64,000 nucleotides of DNA from Candidatus Bathyarchaeota archaeon (GTDB taxonomy: Archaea > Thermoproteota > Bathyarchaeia > Bathyarchaeales > Bathycorpusculaceae): contig CAVTBV010000009.1 of NCBI GenBank assembly GCA_963733095.1, positions 64,001 through 128,000 of the forward strand, written 5' to 3'. Below are positions 1-10,381 of the stretch, one piece after another; within the stretch, counting starts at the first letter, position 1; the number at the start of each line of letters is the position of its first letter. The translations under genes and the position numbers were made by a program. Under the pieces are notes generated by a model. That model worked only from the letters and a program-made list of their open reading frames with translations. It did no database searches and was not told where the DNA came from.

Positions 1-1
1 T

Positions 2-1132
2 GGCGAAAGCTTCATCTTTGCACTCACAGTGTTCATCGCCGTCATAGTGGTCGCTTGCCCCTGCGCTCTTGGACTCGCCACCCCAACCGCCATAATGGTT
101 GGCGTTGGGAAAGGTGCTGAAAACGGCATCCTCATCAAAAGCGGCGAAACATTAGAAGCAGCACATAAACTTCAGGCTGTAGTTTTCGACAAAACCGGAA
201 CGCTAACCGAAGGCGAACCCGAAGTCACCGACATCCGCCCGACCAAAGCTTTCACCGAAGAGCAGCTACTGCTACTTGCGGCTATGGCAGAGAAAAACTC
301 GGAGCACCCACTTGGAGCAGCCATCGTGAAGAGGGCGGCTGAAAGGGGACTCGAGGTTGAGGAGCCTGAATTGTTCAATGCTCTGCCTGGTTATGGTGTA
401 GAAGTCAACAGTAAAGGCATCAAAATCTTGTTGGGTAATCGTAAGTTGATGGAGGCAAACAACTTGGATATCGGCGGATTGGAAGCGGAAATGAAGGGGT
501 TGGAGGAAGAAGGAAAAACCGCCATGCTTATAGCAGTCGATAATCAAGTTGCCGGTTTAATTGCCGTCGCTGACACTCTAAAAGAATATTCTGCCGAAGC
601 TGTGGGCAAGCTCAAAGAGATGGGTTTAGAAGTTGTGATGATTACAGGAGACAACCAACGAACAGCCCATGCCATTGCAAAGCAAGTTGGCGTTACCCAG
701 GTTTTGGCAGAGGTTCTTCCGAGCGAAAAAGCCACTGAAATTAAACGACTTCAAACAGAAGGTAAAGTGGTCGCTATGGTCGGAGACGGCATAAACGATG
801 CTCCAGCTTTGGCGCAGGCAAACATCGGCATAGCGGTGGGCGGCGGAACCGATGTTGCAATAGAGACCGGGGATATTGTACTAATCAAGAATGATTTGCG
901 GGATGTGGTCGTTGCAATTCAATTGAGCCGAGCTACGATGCGTAAAATTCGCCAAAACCTATTCTGGGCGTTTTTCTACAACGTAGCGCTCATTCCGTTG
1001 GCGGCGGGCGCCTTTTACCCGATTATACATGTACTCTTTAATCCCGTGTATGCGGCGGCAGCGATGGCCAGTAGTTCAGTGACCGTGGTAACCAATGCCT
1101 CGCTTCTCAAAAGGTTTAAACCAAAAATCTAG
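2..1132 (+). CDS. copA: Heavy-metal (Cu+) translocating P1B-type ATPase, 5' part outside window
   Basis: [30 protein letters not shown] and FFYN motifs; frame open from the window start. Confidence 0.93.
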   Translation, partial: GESFIFALTVFIAVIVVACPCALGLATPTAIMVGVGKGAENGILIKSGETLEAAHKLQAVVFDKTGTLTEGEPEVTDIRPTKAFTEEQLLLLAAMAEKNSEHPLGAAIVKRAAERGLEVEEPELFNALPGYGVEVNSKGIKILLGNRKLMEANNLDIGGLEAEMKGLEEEGKTAMLIAVDNQVAGLIAVADTLKEYSAEAVGKLKEMGLEVVMITGDNQRTAHAIAKQVGVTQVLAEVLPSEKATEIKRLQTEGKVVAMVGDGINDAPALAQANIGIAVGGGTDVAIETGDIVLIKNDLRDVVVAIQLSRATMRKIRQNLFWAFFYNVALIPLAAGAFYPIIHVLFNPVYAAAAMASSSVTVVTNASLLKRFKPKI

Positions 1133-1176
1133 CTCACAAATAGAAAAACAAAACTATGTTTGGAGGTGAAAAAGAT

Positions 1177-1368
1177 ATGGCGAAAGATTTAGTTTGCAAC
1201 ATGGATGTTGACGAGAAAACCGCGAAGTACAAGGCTCTCTATCAAGGCAAATACTACTATTTCTGTGCGGCAGGATGCAAAAAAGAATTCGAGGCAAATC
1301 CCCAAAAATACCTAGGCGGCAATTCTGGACATTCAGGTCACAGTTGTAACTGTGGAGGACACTGCTAA
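1177..1368 (+). CDS. YHS/TRASH-domain metal-binding protein with His/Cys-rich tail
   Basis: DLVCNMDV...YYFCAAGC motif; GGAGGTGA RBS before ATG 1177; follows copA. Confidence 0.85.
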   Translation: MAKDLVCNMDVDEKTAKYKALYQGKYYYFCAAGCKKEFEANPQKYLGGNSGHSGHSCNCGGHC

Positions 1369-1433
1369 GTGCGTCAACTTTTTCTCTTTTTGAATTCTTT
1401 TCTTTTTTTGTCTCTTTCACATCGTTTTTCTTA

Positions 1434-2117
1434 CTATGGCATGTTGATTTTTTCGTCCACTGGCAACTTTTCTGCGAATGCTCCCAGAAGGACGTGTTCA
1501 GCGAAAAGGTCCTCGTTGAATGCGCCTATGAACTCTACGGTCTCGTTGATTATTATCTTAGGGACCCCAATCACATTGTACTTCAGGGCTAAGTCTGGAA
1601 ATTCGCCGCTTTCTATGACGTCGGCTTTGACCATGTCGCTTTCGATGGCTAATTTATGTGCCACGGCAGCTGCGGCGGGACAGTGTGGGCAGGTTAGGGT
1701 GACGAAAACTTGGATGTGAACGGGTAATTTAACATCCGACAGTATTTGTTTAGTTTTGTCGGAAAGGTCGGTTTTGCCCTTTGAAACGTTAATGACCGCT
1801 TCAATTAGCGTTTGAAGTTCATAGCCGTATGGGATTCCGTAAATTCTCACGCCATAATCCTTTTTGCCAATTATGGCTAATGCTGGAATCTTGTCAATTC
1901 CATATTCCTTAGCTTTAGCATTGTTAGCGACGAAATCGTAAACTTCAGTGGTTATTTTATTGCTAAGAATAGGTAGTTCTTGAGCGAGTTTTCTTGTATC
2001 CGAGCAATACTTGCACTCAAACTCTTGGGTAAACATGACTATTTTTACTGGGTCAACTAGTTTTTCCTCAAAATCTTTCTTAAGCAACTCTTTTTTATCG
2101 TCAGGTAATAAACTCAC
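1434..2117 (-). CDS. Protein disulfide oxidoreductase (PDO / AhpF-N-like, two thioredoxin folds)
   Basis: Two CxxC motifs (CKYC, CPHC), GIPYGYE, GVPK. Confidence 0.88.
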   Translation of the reverse strand: MSLLPDDKKELLKKDFEEKLVDPVKIVMFTQEFECKYCSDTRKLAQELPILSNKITTEVYDFVANNAKAKEYGIDKIPALAIIGKKDYGVRIYGIPYGYELQTLIEAVINVSKGKTDLSDKTKQILSDVKLPVHIQVFVTLTCPHCPAAAAVAHKLAIESDMVKADVIESGEFPDLALKYNVIGVPKIIINETVEFIGAFNEDLFAEHVLLGAFAEKLPVDEKINMP

Positions 2118-2280
2118 GTTTCTGCCTCCACAAAAATGTTCGCCATCCGGGTATGTACAGTAGACTTTGTTGTTTCCAACATATAACTGTAGAGTCGCGA
2201 TGGTTTGGCAACGAAAGTAATATAAGAGTTTTAACGATTTCCTGTTGTTAACTAAGGTTTGATTTTTGGAGACATAAAAT

Positions 2281-3468
2281 ATGGTTAAAGTTCCCCTAAA
2301 AGATGGAGTATACTGGGTTGGCGTTGTTGACTGGAATCTACGGGACTTTCATGATTTTGTAACAAGACGAGGAACCACCTACAACGCGTACATAGTGCAA
2401 GATGAGAAAATTGCCTTAATCGACACAGTTAAGCACACGTTCTCAAATGAGCTTGTTCGGCACGTAACTGAGCTGACTAGTTTTGAAAAAATTGATTACA
2501 TTATCGTTAACCATGTTGAAATGGATCATTCCAGCAGTTTACCAGTGATTGCCAAACTCGCAAAGAACGCCAAAATAATCGCTTCACAAAGAGGCAAAGA
2601 AGCCTTAATTGACCACTACGGACTTGACTTTGAACGTGTAGAAACCGTAAAAACCGGTGATGAAGTCAAGCTTGGAAACAAGACTTTGCGGTTTGTTGAG
2701 GCGCCGATGCTTCATTGGCCCGACAGCATGTTCACCTACCTTGTCGAAGACAAAATCCTTATGCCTAACGATGCTTTTGGGCAGCACCTTGCGACTTCTG
2801 AGCGTTTTGATGACGAAGTTGACGAGCACGTGTTGATGGAGGAAGCAACGATTTACTACGCTAACATACTCATGCCCCTAGCGCCCCTGATTACCCGAAA
2901 AATCCAAGAAGTCGTCGCTATGAAAATCCCAATCGATATAATTGCCCCAAGCCACGGCATAATCTGGCGCAAGGACCCTATGAAAATAATCAACGCTTAC
3001 CTAAATTGGAGTTCAGGAGCAACCAAAAATAAGGTAACCATCGTGTTTGACACCATGTGGAACAGCACTGACAAAATGGCGAGAGCAATAGCTGAGGGTG
3101 CGGCAAGCCAAGGCGTTAATGTCAAAATGGTAAAACTGCGTTCATCTCCCAACTCAGAAGCTGTAACCGAAATCTTGGACGCCAAAGCCGTTTTGGTGGG
3201 TTCACCAACCCTAAACAACCAGTTGTTTCCAACACTCGGGGGGTTCTTAACTTACATCACCGGACTAAGACCTAAAGGTAAACTCTGGGGCTTCTTTGGA
3301 TCTTACGGCTGGGGAGGCGGAGCAGTTAAAGGCATGATTAAAACTGCGAAAGAAGCAGGTTTCGTCGTGTACGAACCAAGTGTTGAAGTAAAATTTGTTC
3401 CAGACGAGGAAGATTTGAAAAAATGCTTTGAGTTTGGGCAGCAAATAGCCCAAAAAATCAAAGTATAA
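2281..3468 (+). CDS. fprA: Flavodiiron protein (FprA family)
   Basis: GTTYNAY, HVEMDH, HWPDSM, DAFGQH, APSHG, C-terminal flavodoxin FGSYGW. Confidence 0.95.
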   Translation: MVKVPLKDGVYWVGVVDWNLRDFHDFVTRRGTTYNAYIVQDEKIALIDTVKHTFSNELVRHVTELTSFEKIDYIIVNHVEMDHSSSLPVIAKLAKNAKIIASQRGKEALIDHYGLDFERVETVKTGDEVKLGNKTLRFVEAPMLHWPDSMFTYLVEDKILMPNDAFGQHLATSERFDDEVDEHVLMEEATIYYANILMPLAPLITRKIQEVVAMKIPIDIIAPSHGIIWRKDPMKIINAYLNWSSGATKNKVTIVFDTMWNSTDKMARAIAEGAASQGVNVKMVKLRSSPNSEAVTEILDAKAVLVGSPTLNNQLFPTLGGFLTYITGLRPKGKLWGFFGSYGWGGGAVKGMIKTAKEAGFVVYEPSVEVKFVPDEEDLKKCFEFGQQIAQKIKV

Positions 3469-3475
3469 CTCTTTT

Positions 3476-3979
3476 TTAATTTATTTTCATGAATTTGTCT
3501 TTCGGGGTCGCGCAGATTGGGCAGTTGTCGGGTGTTGTGCCTTCAAAGGTGTTTCCACAGACTGGGCAAACGTACAGGTCTGCTTGCGGTAGTTCTCTAT
3601 TGCTTTTGAGTGCATCGAGTGCTTTTTGGTAGAGGACGGCGTGGATTTGCTCGACTTTGTTGGCGTAATCGAAGCTTACTTCGGCTTTTTTGTTTGCTTC
3701 TTTTTTGGCTTCAGCTATGAAGTCTGGGTACATTTTCTTGAACTCGTAGGTTTCGCCTGAAATTGCGGTGCCGAGGTTGTCGGCGGTTGATTTTACTTGT
3801 CCCAAAACGTCCAAGTGGTTTAGGGCGTGGACGGTTTCTGCTTGCGCCGCTGCTTTGAAGAGTTTAGCGATTTGTGTTAAGCCTTCTTTATCTGCCTTTT
3901 TGGCAAAAGCCAGGTACATGCGGTTGGCTTGGGATTCGCCTGCGAAGGCAGCTTTTAGGTTTTCATCAGTTTTTGCCAT
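3476..3979 (-). CDS. rbr: Rubrerythrin
   Basis: AFAGESQA, ETVHA, EQIH, C-terminal CPVCG...CPIC rubredoxin domain. Confidence 0.95.
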   Translation of the reverse strand: MAKTDENLKAAFAGESQANRMYLAFAKKADKEGLTQIAKLFKAAAQAETVHALNHLDVLGQVKSTADNLGTAISGETYEFKKMYPDFIAEAKKEANKKAEVSFDYANKVEQIHAVLYQKALDALKSNRELPQADLYVCPVCGNTFEGTTPDNCPICATPKDKFMKIN

Positions 3980-4187
3980 AAAATTCACTGGAAGACAGTA
4001 AAGTAAAATGCGGGTAATAAGCTAACCTATTACCTCACATCGAGTGGAGGCTTTATGCTGTAGAGTATGCTTTCTAGTTTCAAGAAAAAATAGGCGGTAA
4101 GCCCTAGTCAGTTTTGGAGGTTACCTGCCGTTTAGATGAATCTGAGGAAATTTTAATATAGAATGAGGTTGAACCGAAAGGAGATAA

Positions 4188-5191
4188 CTTGAGAAGAGAG
4201 AGAAAACCGCTACAATCCTTCGGAGGTACATTTTCTGGGTCTCTAGGCGTAGCTTGGTCTTAATGTTTTTGTTCATATTGTTGGAAGCGGTTTTCCGGTT
4301 TGGGTTCTTTCACCCTTTAGGGTCGACTGAAATTCAAACTATGGTTTATGGAATTCTTGAAAAGATTCTTTTCACCTTGACAGTAAGGTTTGGTTTAGCA
4401 GCTGTACAGAAAACGGTCATACCGACAGTTATAGGTGCAGTCCAAACAGCTCTATCAAAATTGATTCGCGAACCTACCAGCAGAAAGCGAACCTTCCACT
4501 CCCTTTCACGATACTTAACATATGGCTCCTACGCCATCTTTATCGCTGCCGTTGCTTACATATGGGCTTTTTCATATTATAGTCGTGGGTTAGTGGGTTT
4601 CTTGGTACAGGATTAGTTATAACATTAACGTTTGTTTTAGTTTTGTTCACTTCCAGCGTTCTGGGCAACGTTTTAGCTTTACCTGATTTTGGAAGGGACA
4701 ACTGACTTCAGGAACGGTGACAGGGTCCAAATTGGTGAGAGTTATGGCGACATAGTTGAGACTGGCTTTTTCTTCACCCGTATTAAACCCATTAAAGATG
4801 AAATAATTAGCATACCAAACCTTAATATCATGGGCAAAGAAGTGAGAAACTTAAGCACCATGAAAGCAGTACTCATTTACATCCAAGTAACTTTGGGCTA
4901 TGACACCGATAAGGATGAAGCTAGACGCCTCTAATTGAAAGTGCAGAATCAACAAAGGGAATATTGAACATCGAAGGCAAGAAACCGTTTGTTTTGTTCC
5001 GCGAGTTAGACAACTACACTGTAACCTATAAAATAAACGCTTACACTGACAAACCAAATGAGCTAGTAAACATAAAAAGCGAGCTCTTTGACAACATACT
5101 CGCCAACTTCAAAAAGTCAAACTTTGAGATATTATCGCCTACCCATGTATCAGTAAGGAATAATGCTGCAATGCTAAACGGTAGTACTTAA
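4188..5191 (+). pseudogene. MscS-family mechanosensitive channel, fragmented
   Basis: Three ORF pieces (4254-4616, 4689-4934, 4964-5191): TM region, GDRVQIG...G.I...G.F.TRI...I.IPN, and C-terminal alpha/beta domain, split by stops/frameshifts; start approximate. Confidence 0.8.
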
Positions 5192-5335
5192 CGTCATTAA
5201 CCTGCACCTATACAGTTTTTTTTGACTTCCTTTTTGCTAAGGCTGACAATAAAGCTAAGCGCCAGCCAAAACCACGAAAAGTAAAGTATATTAGTTGTTT
5301 TCTGCTTTGGAAAAGGTTGATTTTGGTGAAATTTT

Positions 5336-5950
5336 ATGGAAAAAATAAAATCTTTTACACTACCCAAACTACCCTATGATTACAATGCGCTTGCACCATA
5401 CATTTCAGAGGAACAACTAAAACTACATCATGACAAACACCACCAAGGCTACGTCAACGGCGCTAACGCCATCTTCGAAATTATGGATAAAGCACAACAA
5501 GAAAACAAGGATCTCGACGTTAAAGCAGTCGCAAAAGAGTTATCCTTCAACATCGGCGGTCACCTATTACATACGACTTTCTGGGAGAACATGGCTCAAG
5601 CAGGAAAAGGTGGAGGAGGACCACCAGGAGGAGCAGTCGCCGACATGATTAGTATGGGCTTTGGAAGTTTTGAGCATTTTAAAAAGCAATTCACTAAGGC
5701 TGCTACAAGCACCGAAGGTTCTGGTTGGGCAGTATTAGCCGCACATCCCTGCATTGGAAGACCCCTTATCATGCAGATTGAAAAACACAACTTGAACGTT
5801 TTTCCTAACTTCCAAATCTTGATGGCACTGGACGTCTGGGAACATGCCTACTACGTTGACTACAAGAACGACCGCGCCAAATTCGTCGAAGCCTTCTGGA
5901 ATCTGGTCAACTGGGACAAAGTCAACAAAAACCTAAGCTTCGTAAAGTAA
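5336..5950 (+). CDS. sod: Fe/Mn superoxide dismutase
   Basis: LHHDKHHQGYV, GGHLLH, DVWEHAYY. Confidence 0.97.
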   Translation: MEKIKSFTLPKLPYDYNALAPYISEEQLKLHHDKHHQGYVNGANAIFEIMDKAQQENKDLDVKAVAKELSFNIGGHLLHTTFWENMAQAGKGGGGPPGGAVADMISMGFGSFEHFKKQFTKAATSTEGSGWAVLAAHPCIGRPLIMQIEKHNLNVFPNFQILMALDVWEHAYYVDYKNDRAKFVEAFWNLVNWDKVNKNLSFVK

Positions 5951-6014
5951 GCTTTTTTATGCTTACTTTCTTTGTTTTTATATAACAAATGAAAAGCGCA
6001 TTACAAAATAGCGC

Positions 6015-6332
6015 TTAGGGTGGGGGAGTAATTTTTATCGCTGCTGCTGGGCACTGCATTTCGCAGGCTAAACATTGTATGCAGTCTTTTTCGCGTGCGG
6101 GGTCAGATTTGCGTTCAGAGAGCGGATGTCCAGGCGAATCAGCCCAATCATAGAGCGAAACTGGGCAGACATCGATGCATACGCCGTCTCCGACACAGGA
6201 ATCCCAGTCTACTGCGCTGGTTGTTCCGTGAATGCCGAGTTTAGTTGGAGGTTCAACTGGTCCCCATACTTTATGGCCGTTGTGTTCACTTACAACTTGT
6301 CGTTTGGTTTGAAAATCAGGGTCTATTGGCAA
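6015..6332 (-). CDS. zfx: Zinc-containing dicluster ferredoxin (Zfx type)
   Basis: EHNGHKVWGPVEPP..LGIHG N-terminal Zn extension, CVGDGVCIDVCP and CIQCLACEMQCP; resembles Sulfolobus Zfx as recalled; TTG start after GGTGA. Confidence 0.88.
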   Translation of the reverse strand: MPIDPDFQTKRQVVSEHNGHKVWGPVEPPTKLGIHGTTSAVDWDSCVGDGVCIDVCPVSLYDWADSPGHPLSERKSDPAREKDCIQCLACEMQCPAAAIKITPPP

Positions 6333-6435
6333 AAAATTCACCATATAATCATCAGAAAACCGCTAATATTAGGGTTTCTGCCCAAAGCAATCCACAAAGC
6401 ATTTTGGGTTAGCCACATAACATTGTTTGGTTTGT

Positions 6436-7215
6436 ATGAGTCAATATTACCTTCCCGCGGGGATGAGATACGCCACTTTAGAGGAAAGAAAGCAATTCTA
6501 CACCAATGAATTCAACCTCAAAAAAATATCCGATTGGTTCACGGGTGGTTTTAGCAACATAAAGTTTGCAGTAATAATAGGCAGGCACACAAAGATTTTT
6601 CCTGAAAAATACCGGGAAGATGCCTCAACAACCATAATAGTTGATGATTTTAAAAGTCTCGACGATGTTCGCCAACAAATTGTCGAGTTTCTTCCTGAAG
6701 GAGTCTATTACGACCGAGACGTATACGAATCAACTGGGAAAAAATTTGGTCAGGAATTGGCTTTTGACCTTGACCCTGAAAACATAATTTGCCCAGTCCA
6801 TGGTAGCTTGGCAGATAAGATGAATCGGGGGCAGGGGCTAAGTTTTTGCGAAGTTGAACTCGACATGATTAAGAAAGAAGCGCTTGGGCTCTTCGATTTC
6901 TTGGAACCTCACTTTTCTGATTTAAGGATTGTTTATTCAGGCAGGGGCTTCCATATACATGTATTAGACCAAGAAGCCTACAAGCTGACCTCTCAAAAAC
7001 GGCTCAACCTTGCCCAACAAGCAAAACAGGCAGGTTTCCACATCGACGAATGGGTAACCTCAGGCGAATTCCGATTAATCCGACTGCCCTACAGCCTCAA
7101 CGGTTTGGTATCAAGAATCACCCTACCAATAAAAAAAGAAGAATTGGAAAGCTTCGACCCCGTCCATGACGAACGGTGCCTACCAAAATTTCTTGGCAAA
7201 GAATCTATTTTTTGA
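6436..7215 (+). CDS. Archaeo-eukaryotic primase small-subunit-like (AEP) protein
   Basis: ELAFDLD (motif I), YSGRGFHIH (motif II), RLIRLPYSLN (motif III region), CPVH...C Zn motif. Confidence 0.8.
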   Translation: MSQYYLPAGMRYATLEERKQFYTNEFNLKKISDWFTGGFSNIKFAVIIGRHTKIFPEKYREDASTTIIVDDFKSLDDVRQQIVEFLPEGVYYDRDVYESTGKKFGQELAFDLDPENIICPVHGSLADKMNRGQGLSFCEVELDMIKKEALGLFDFLEPHFSDLRIVYSGRGFHIHVLDQEAYKLTSQKRLNLAQQAKQAGFHIDEWVTSGEFRLIRLPYSLNGLVSRITLPIKKEELESFDPVHDERCLPKFLGKESIF

Positions 7216-7297
7216 CTTCTTTGGCTTTCTTCTCTTTTTTGCTATAATAAGCAGCTTTTTTCTTTTCCTCTTCTGCGTTCTTTGGTTTTTTGGCCAT
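7205..7297 (-). CDS. 30-aa Lys/Glu-rich microprotein MAKKPKNAEEEKKKAAYYSKKEKKAKEVKK
   Basis: Manual translation ATG..TAG; below the ORF-track cut-off; AT-rich promoter-like tract upstream. Confidence 0.5.
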   Translation of the reverse strand: MAKKPKNAEEEKKKAAYYSKKEKKAKEVKK

Positions 7298-7415
7298 AAA
7301 AATTTCCCTAAAACTAGTATCTTGGAAGCGCTTAAAAGATTTTTGATAGCGGTGGGTTAGTGTTGAAAAGTTTATTTGGGTTCAGCTATTCAGTTTAGTT
7401 TGTCGAGGCTTATTT

Positions 7416-8798
7416 ATGGAGCAGTTTGATGTACTCGTTATCGGTTCAGGTTCAGGAATGCTTGTTGCGTCGGCAGCGGTCGAGCAGGGTTTTAAAGTAG
7501 CGTTGGTTGAAGCTGGAAAAATGGGGGGCACCTGCATAAACGTTGGTTGTGTGCCATCAAAGATGCTGATCTACCCAGCAGACGTCATTGCCGCCCTCGT
7601 CGAGGCTGGAAAACTCGGAGTCAACGCATCCGTGAACTCGGTTGATTTCAACAACATCATGACGCGCATGCATGACCTAGTTAACCACGATTCGGGACAG
7701 CAAGCTGCTGGCGTCGAAGCTACGCCCCAGATGGTTTGGTTTAAGGAAAAAGGGGAGTTCATCTCGGACTACACCATGCAAGTAGGTACCCGCATAATAT
7801 CCGCCAAAATAATTTTCATAGTTTCAGGTGCACATGCAGCAATACCACCCGTTAAAGGTTTGGAAAACATCGGTTACCTAACAAGCGACACCGTGCTAGA
7901 GTTGCAAACCCCGCCTAAGAATATCATAATCATTGGCGGAGGCTACATAGGCATGGAGTATGGACACTTCTTCTCGGCAATAGGCACAAAAACCACCATA
8001 ATCCAGCGCCCCACCCGCTTGCTGCCTGAGGAAGAGCCAGAAATCTCCGACCTGTTAAAAACAGAGATGGGAAAGCGCATGGAAATCTTCACAGGCTACG
8101 AAGCCATCGAAACAAGGCAAGATGGCTCCTTGAAAACGCTTATTGCCAAAAACCGTCAAGACGGCAGCCTCAAAGAATTCTCAGCCGATGCCATAATGGT
8201 TGCAACGGGTAGAGTATCCAACGCCGCTACATTCAAACCCGATAAAACAGGCGTACACTTAGACGAGCGTGGCTTCATAAAAGTTGACGATTACCTTGAA
8301 ACTAACAAGAAGAACATTTACGCATTCGGCGACGCCATAGGCAAACAAATGTTCAAGCATGTAGCCAACTACGAGGCAGGCATAGCTTGGCACAACTCCG
8401 CACACGACCACAAAGTTAAGATGGATTTTTCAAGGGCGCCTCACGCGGCTTTCACGCATCCTCAAGTTGCCTCGGTTGGACTAAAGGAAGAAGAAGCCCG
8501 ACAGAAATTCAAAATTTTGGTTGGCAACGCCCTGTACAAAGACACCGCAATGGGCGCGGCTCTTGGTTTCCCTGAAGGTTTCGTGAAAGTCATCGTTGAG
8601 CAGCAGACTGGAAAAATCCTTGGCGCACACATCATAGGTCCAGAAGCATCCATTCTGATCCAAGAAATCACCAATGCAATGGTTTCTGAAAAAGGCGATT
8701 TCGGACCTATCGCAAGAGGAATGCATATACATCCTGCCCTCAACGAGGTAGTCCAAAACGCCTTCGGCAACCTCCACGAGCACGGACATGGACACTAA
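7416..8798 (+). CDS. Class I pyridine nucleotide-disulfide oxidoreductase (dihydrolipoamide dehydrogenase / mycothione reductase-like)
   Basis: GSGSG, GGTCINVGCVPSK, GGGYIG, HIHPALNE; His-rich C-terminus. Confidence 0.9.
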   Translation: MEQFDVLVIGSGSGMLVASAAVEQGFKVALVEAGKMGGTCINVGCVPSKMLIYPADVIAALVEAGKLGVNASVNSVDFNNIMTRMHDLVNHDSGQQAAGVEATPQMVWFKEKGEFISDYTMQVGTRIISAKIIFIVSGAHAAIPPVKGLENIGYLTSDTVLELQTPPKNIIIIGGGYIGMEYGHFFSAIGTKTTIIQRPTRLLPEEEPEISDLLKTEMGKRMEIFTGYEAIETRQDGSLKTLIAKNRQDGSLKEFSADAIMVATGRVSNAATFKPDKTGVHLDERGFIKVDDYLETNKKNIYAFGDAIGKQMFKHVANYEAGIAWHNSAHDHKVKMDFSRAPHAAFTHPQVASVGLKEEEARQKFKILVGNALYKDTAMGAALGFPEGFVKVIVEQQTGKILGAHIIGPEASILIQEITNAMVSEKGDFGPIARGMHIHPALNEVVQNAFGNLHEHGHGH

Positions 8799-8863
8799 AA
8801 ATTCGCTTAATCTAAACAGTTATATTCGGCTTAACCCAAATTTTATTTGGTGAGATTTTTAGT

Positions 8864-9148
8864 ATGCAATTTTCCAAGGTTTCTGGTAAAAAAAATAACC
8901 ACAAAGTTGCCCTCTACGCTTTAAGCACCTGCGTTTGGTGCAAAATGACCAAGCAGTACCTAAACGACAATGGGGTGGAATACGAATTTGTCGATGTTGA
9001 TTTGCTCGATGACAACGACAAAAATACAGTACACTCAACTATCCTCAGCAAGGGTGGTGCTTTAAGCTACCCAACAACAATCGTAGATGACAAAACCGTA
9101 ATCACTGGCTTCCGCAAAGACTTGCTCAAAGAGGCACTTGGTCTTTGA
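8864..9148 (+). CDS. Glutaredoxin / NrdH-like redoxin
   Basis: LSTCVWC, YPT, ITGF. Confidence 0.9.
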   Translation: MQFSKVSGKKNNHKVALYALSTCVWCKMTKQYLNDNGVEYEFVDVDLLDDNDKNTVHSTILSKGGALSYPTTIVDDKTVITGFRKDLLKEALGL

Positions 9149-9708
9149 CTACAATAGAGCAGACTCGTAAAAGAGCGGAAGCTGACGCAAAATCATTCGG
9201 CTACTACCTTACGCCTCAACCTGACCTTTTGCAGATGTTTCTGGAAGGATTAAAAACCAACGAAGATCGCTACGGCTACCCCTCATGCCCCTGCAGGCTT
9301 GCAACAGGCAACTTCGAATTCGACCGCGACATCATCTGCCCATGCGACTACCGCGACCCAGACGTCGCAGAATTCGGTGCATGCTACTGCCGACTCTATG
9401 TTAACAAAGCCGTTTTTGAAAGCCAAAACCTACCTGAAGTCCCCGAACGTCGACCCATCGAAAAGCAAGGAAGAGCATACGGAGTGCTAGGGCGTTCCCA
9501 ACAGGTACTTACTCAGACCAAACAAGAAAAACCAACCACAACATCGGCACAACCGCTTAAAGCGCCAGAAGTAAAAAAGAAATTATGGTACTGTAAACAA
9601 TGTGGTTACGTGGTTTATCGTGAAGATCCGCCTTACATTTGCCCTATCTGTAAGGCTAAGAGGGAAATGTTTGCCGAAATAGAGGCGAAAATAGAATTTA
9701 AGGGTTAA
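9145..9708 (+). CDS. Ferredoxin:thioredoxin reductase catalytic-like protein fused to a rubredoxin-like domain
   Basis: CPCR, CPC, CYC motifs plus C-terminal CKQCG...CPIC; overlaps the grx stop. Confidence 0.9.
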   Translation: MTTIEQTRKRAEADAKSFGYYLTPQPDLLQMFLEGLKTNEDRYGYPSCPCRLATGNFEFDRDIICPCDYRDPDVAEFGACYCRLYVNKAVFESQNLPEVPERRPIEKQGRAYGVLGRSQQVLTQTKQEKPTTTSAQPLKAPEVKKKLWYCKQCGYVVYREDPPYICPICKAKREMFAEIEAKIEFKG

Positions 9709-9712
9709 GAAA

Positions 9713-9862
9713 TTATTTTTGGATTTCTATTTCGATTTTCTTCCAGTCCTCTTTTATCCCTTTAAGTGAGGAAACGGCGCCTGTTATGGTTCCGTTCATA
9801 ATTTTTTCGACAAACTCGTTTAGCGGGATTTCTTTTCCGTCAACTTTTAGTTTTAGACTCAA
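9713..9862 (-). CDS. 49-aa protein resembling the MobB C-terminal extension (MSLKLKVDGKEIPLNEFVEKIMNGTITGAVSSLKG...)
   Basis: Manual translation; TTG start with AGGTGA RBS; not in the ORF track. Confidence 0.7.
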   Translation of the reverse strand: MSLKLKVDGKEIPLNEFVEKIMNGTITGAVSSLKGIKEDWKKIEIEIQK

Positions 9863-10381
9863 CCTTTTCACCTGTCTAATGCTCTAAATTTAGAAGTGAG
9901 TGACAGGCTAAAAGTCTTGTGCAAGAGTCTGAATAAGGCATATTTTAACATTTAATTATGCTTGCTAGAAACTCCTGACGCCAAAAATTGGCTAAAAGAA
10001 TTTACCCATAAAATGAGGGAATTATTTGTGTTCCTATTCAGGTGATGATTATGGTTATTTTTTCACACTCTCAAATTTCCTCATCAACAACTTATATTTG
10101 GCCAGAGATAGAGTAAGTGAACCTAAGCCAAAGACTTCTATGATTAGGGCTGTGGTTTCTATCATCCATGTTCTCCCCCGGTTTTTTAGACCAGCTCTCC
10201 TTTGCCTGTTTTGGGAATTTTTTCGATTTTTGATGTTTCTTTGCTCATTTTTTACCCACTTTTTGGTTAATATTGTAGTATATTCGATAAAATACGAATG
10301 TAGTTAAGATTTGTTCATAAAAGTTACGGATTAATGGACAAGCCAAAGGTTTATCCTTTATCACCTGCAAACTTGCACAAA

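Noticed and set aside
4005-4025. AAAATGCGGGTAATA resembling the att motif
   Set aside because: No T-loop follows, and it overlaps the likely rubrerythrin promoter on the minus strand; probably chance.
10056-10166. 36-aa hydrophobic minus-strand ORF (MIETTALIIEVFGLG...)
   Set aside because: Plausible but unsupported: competing short frames and no recognisable family.
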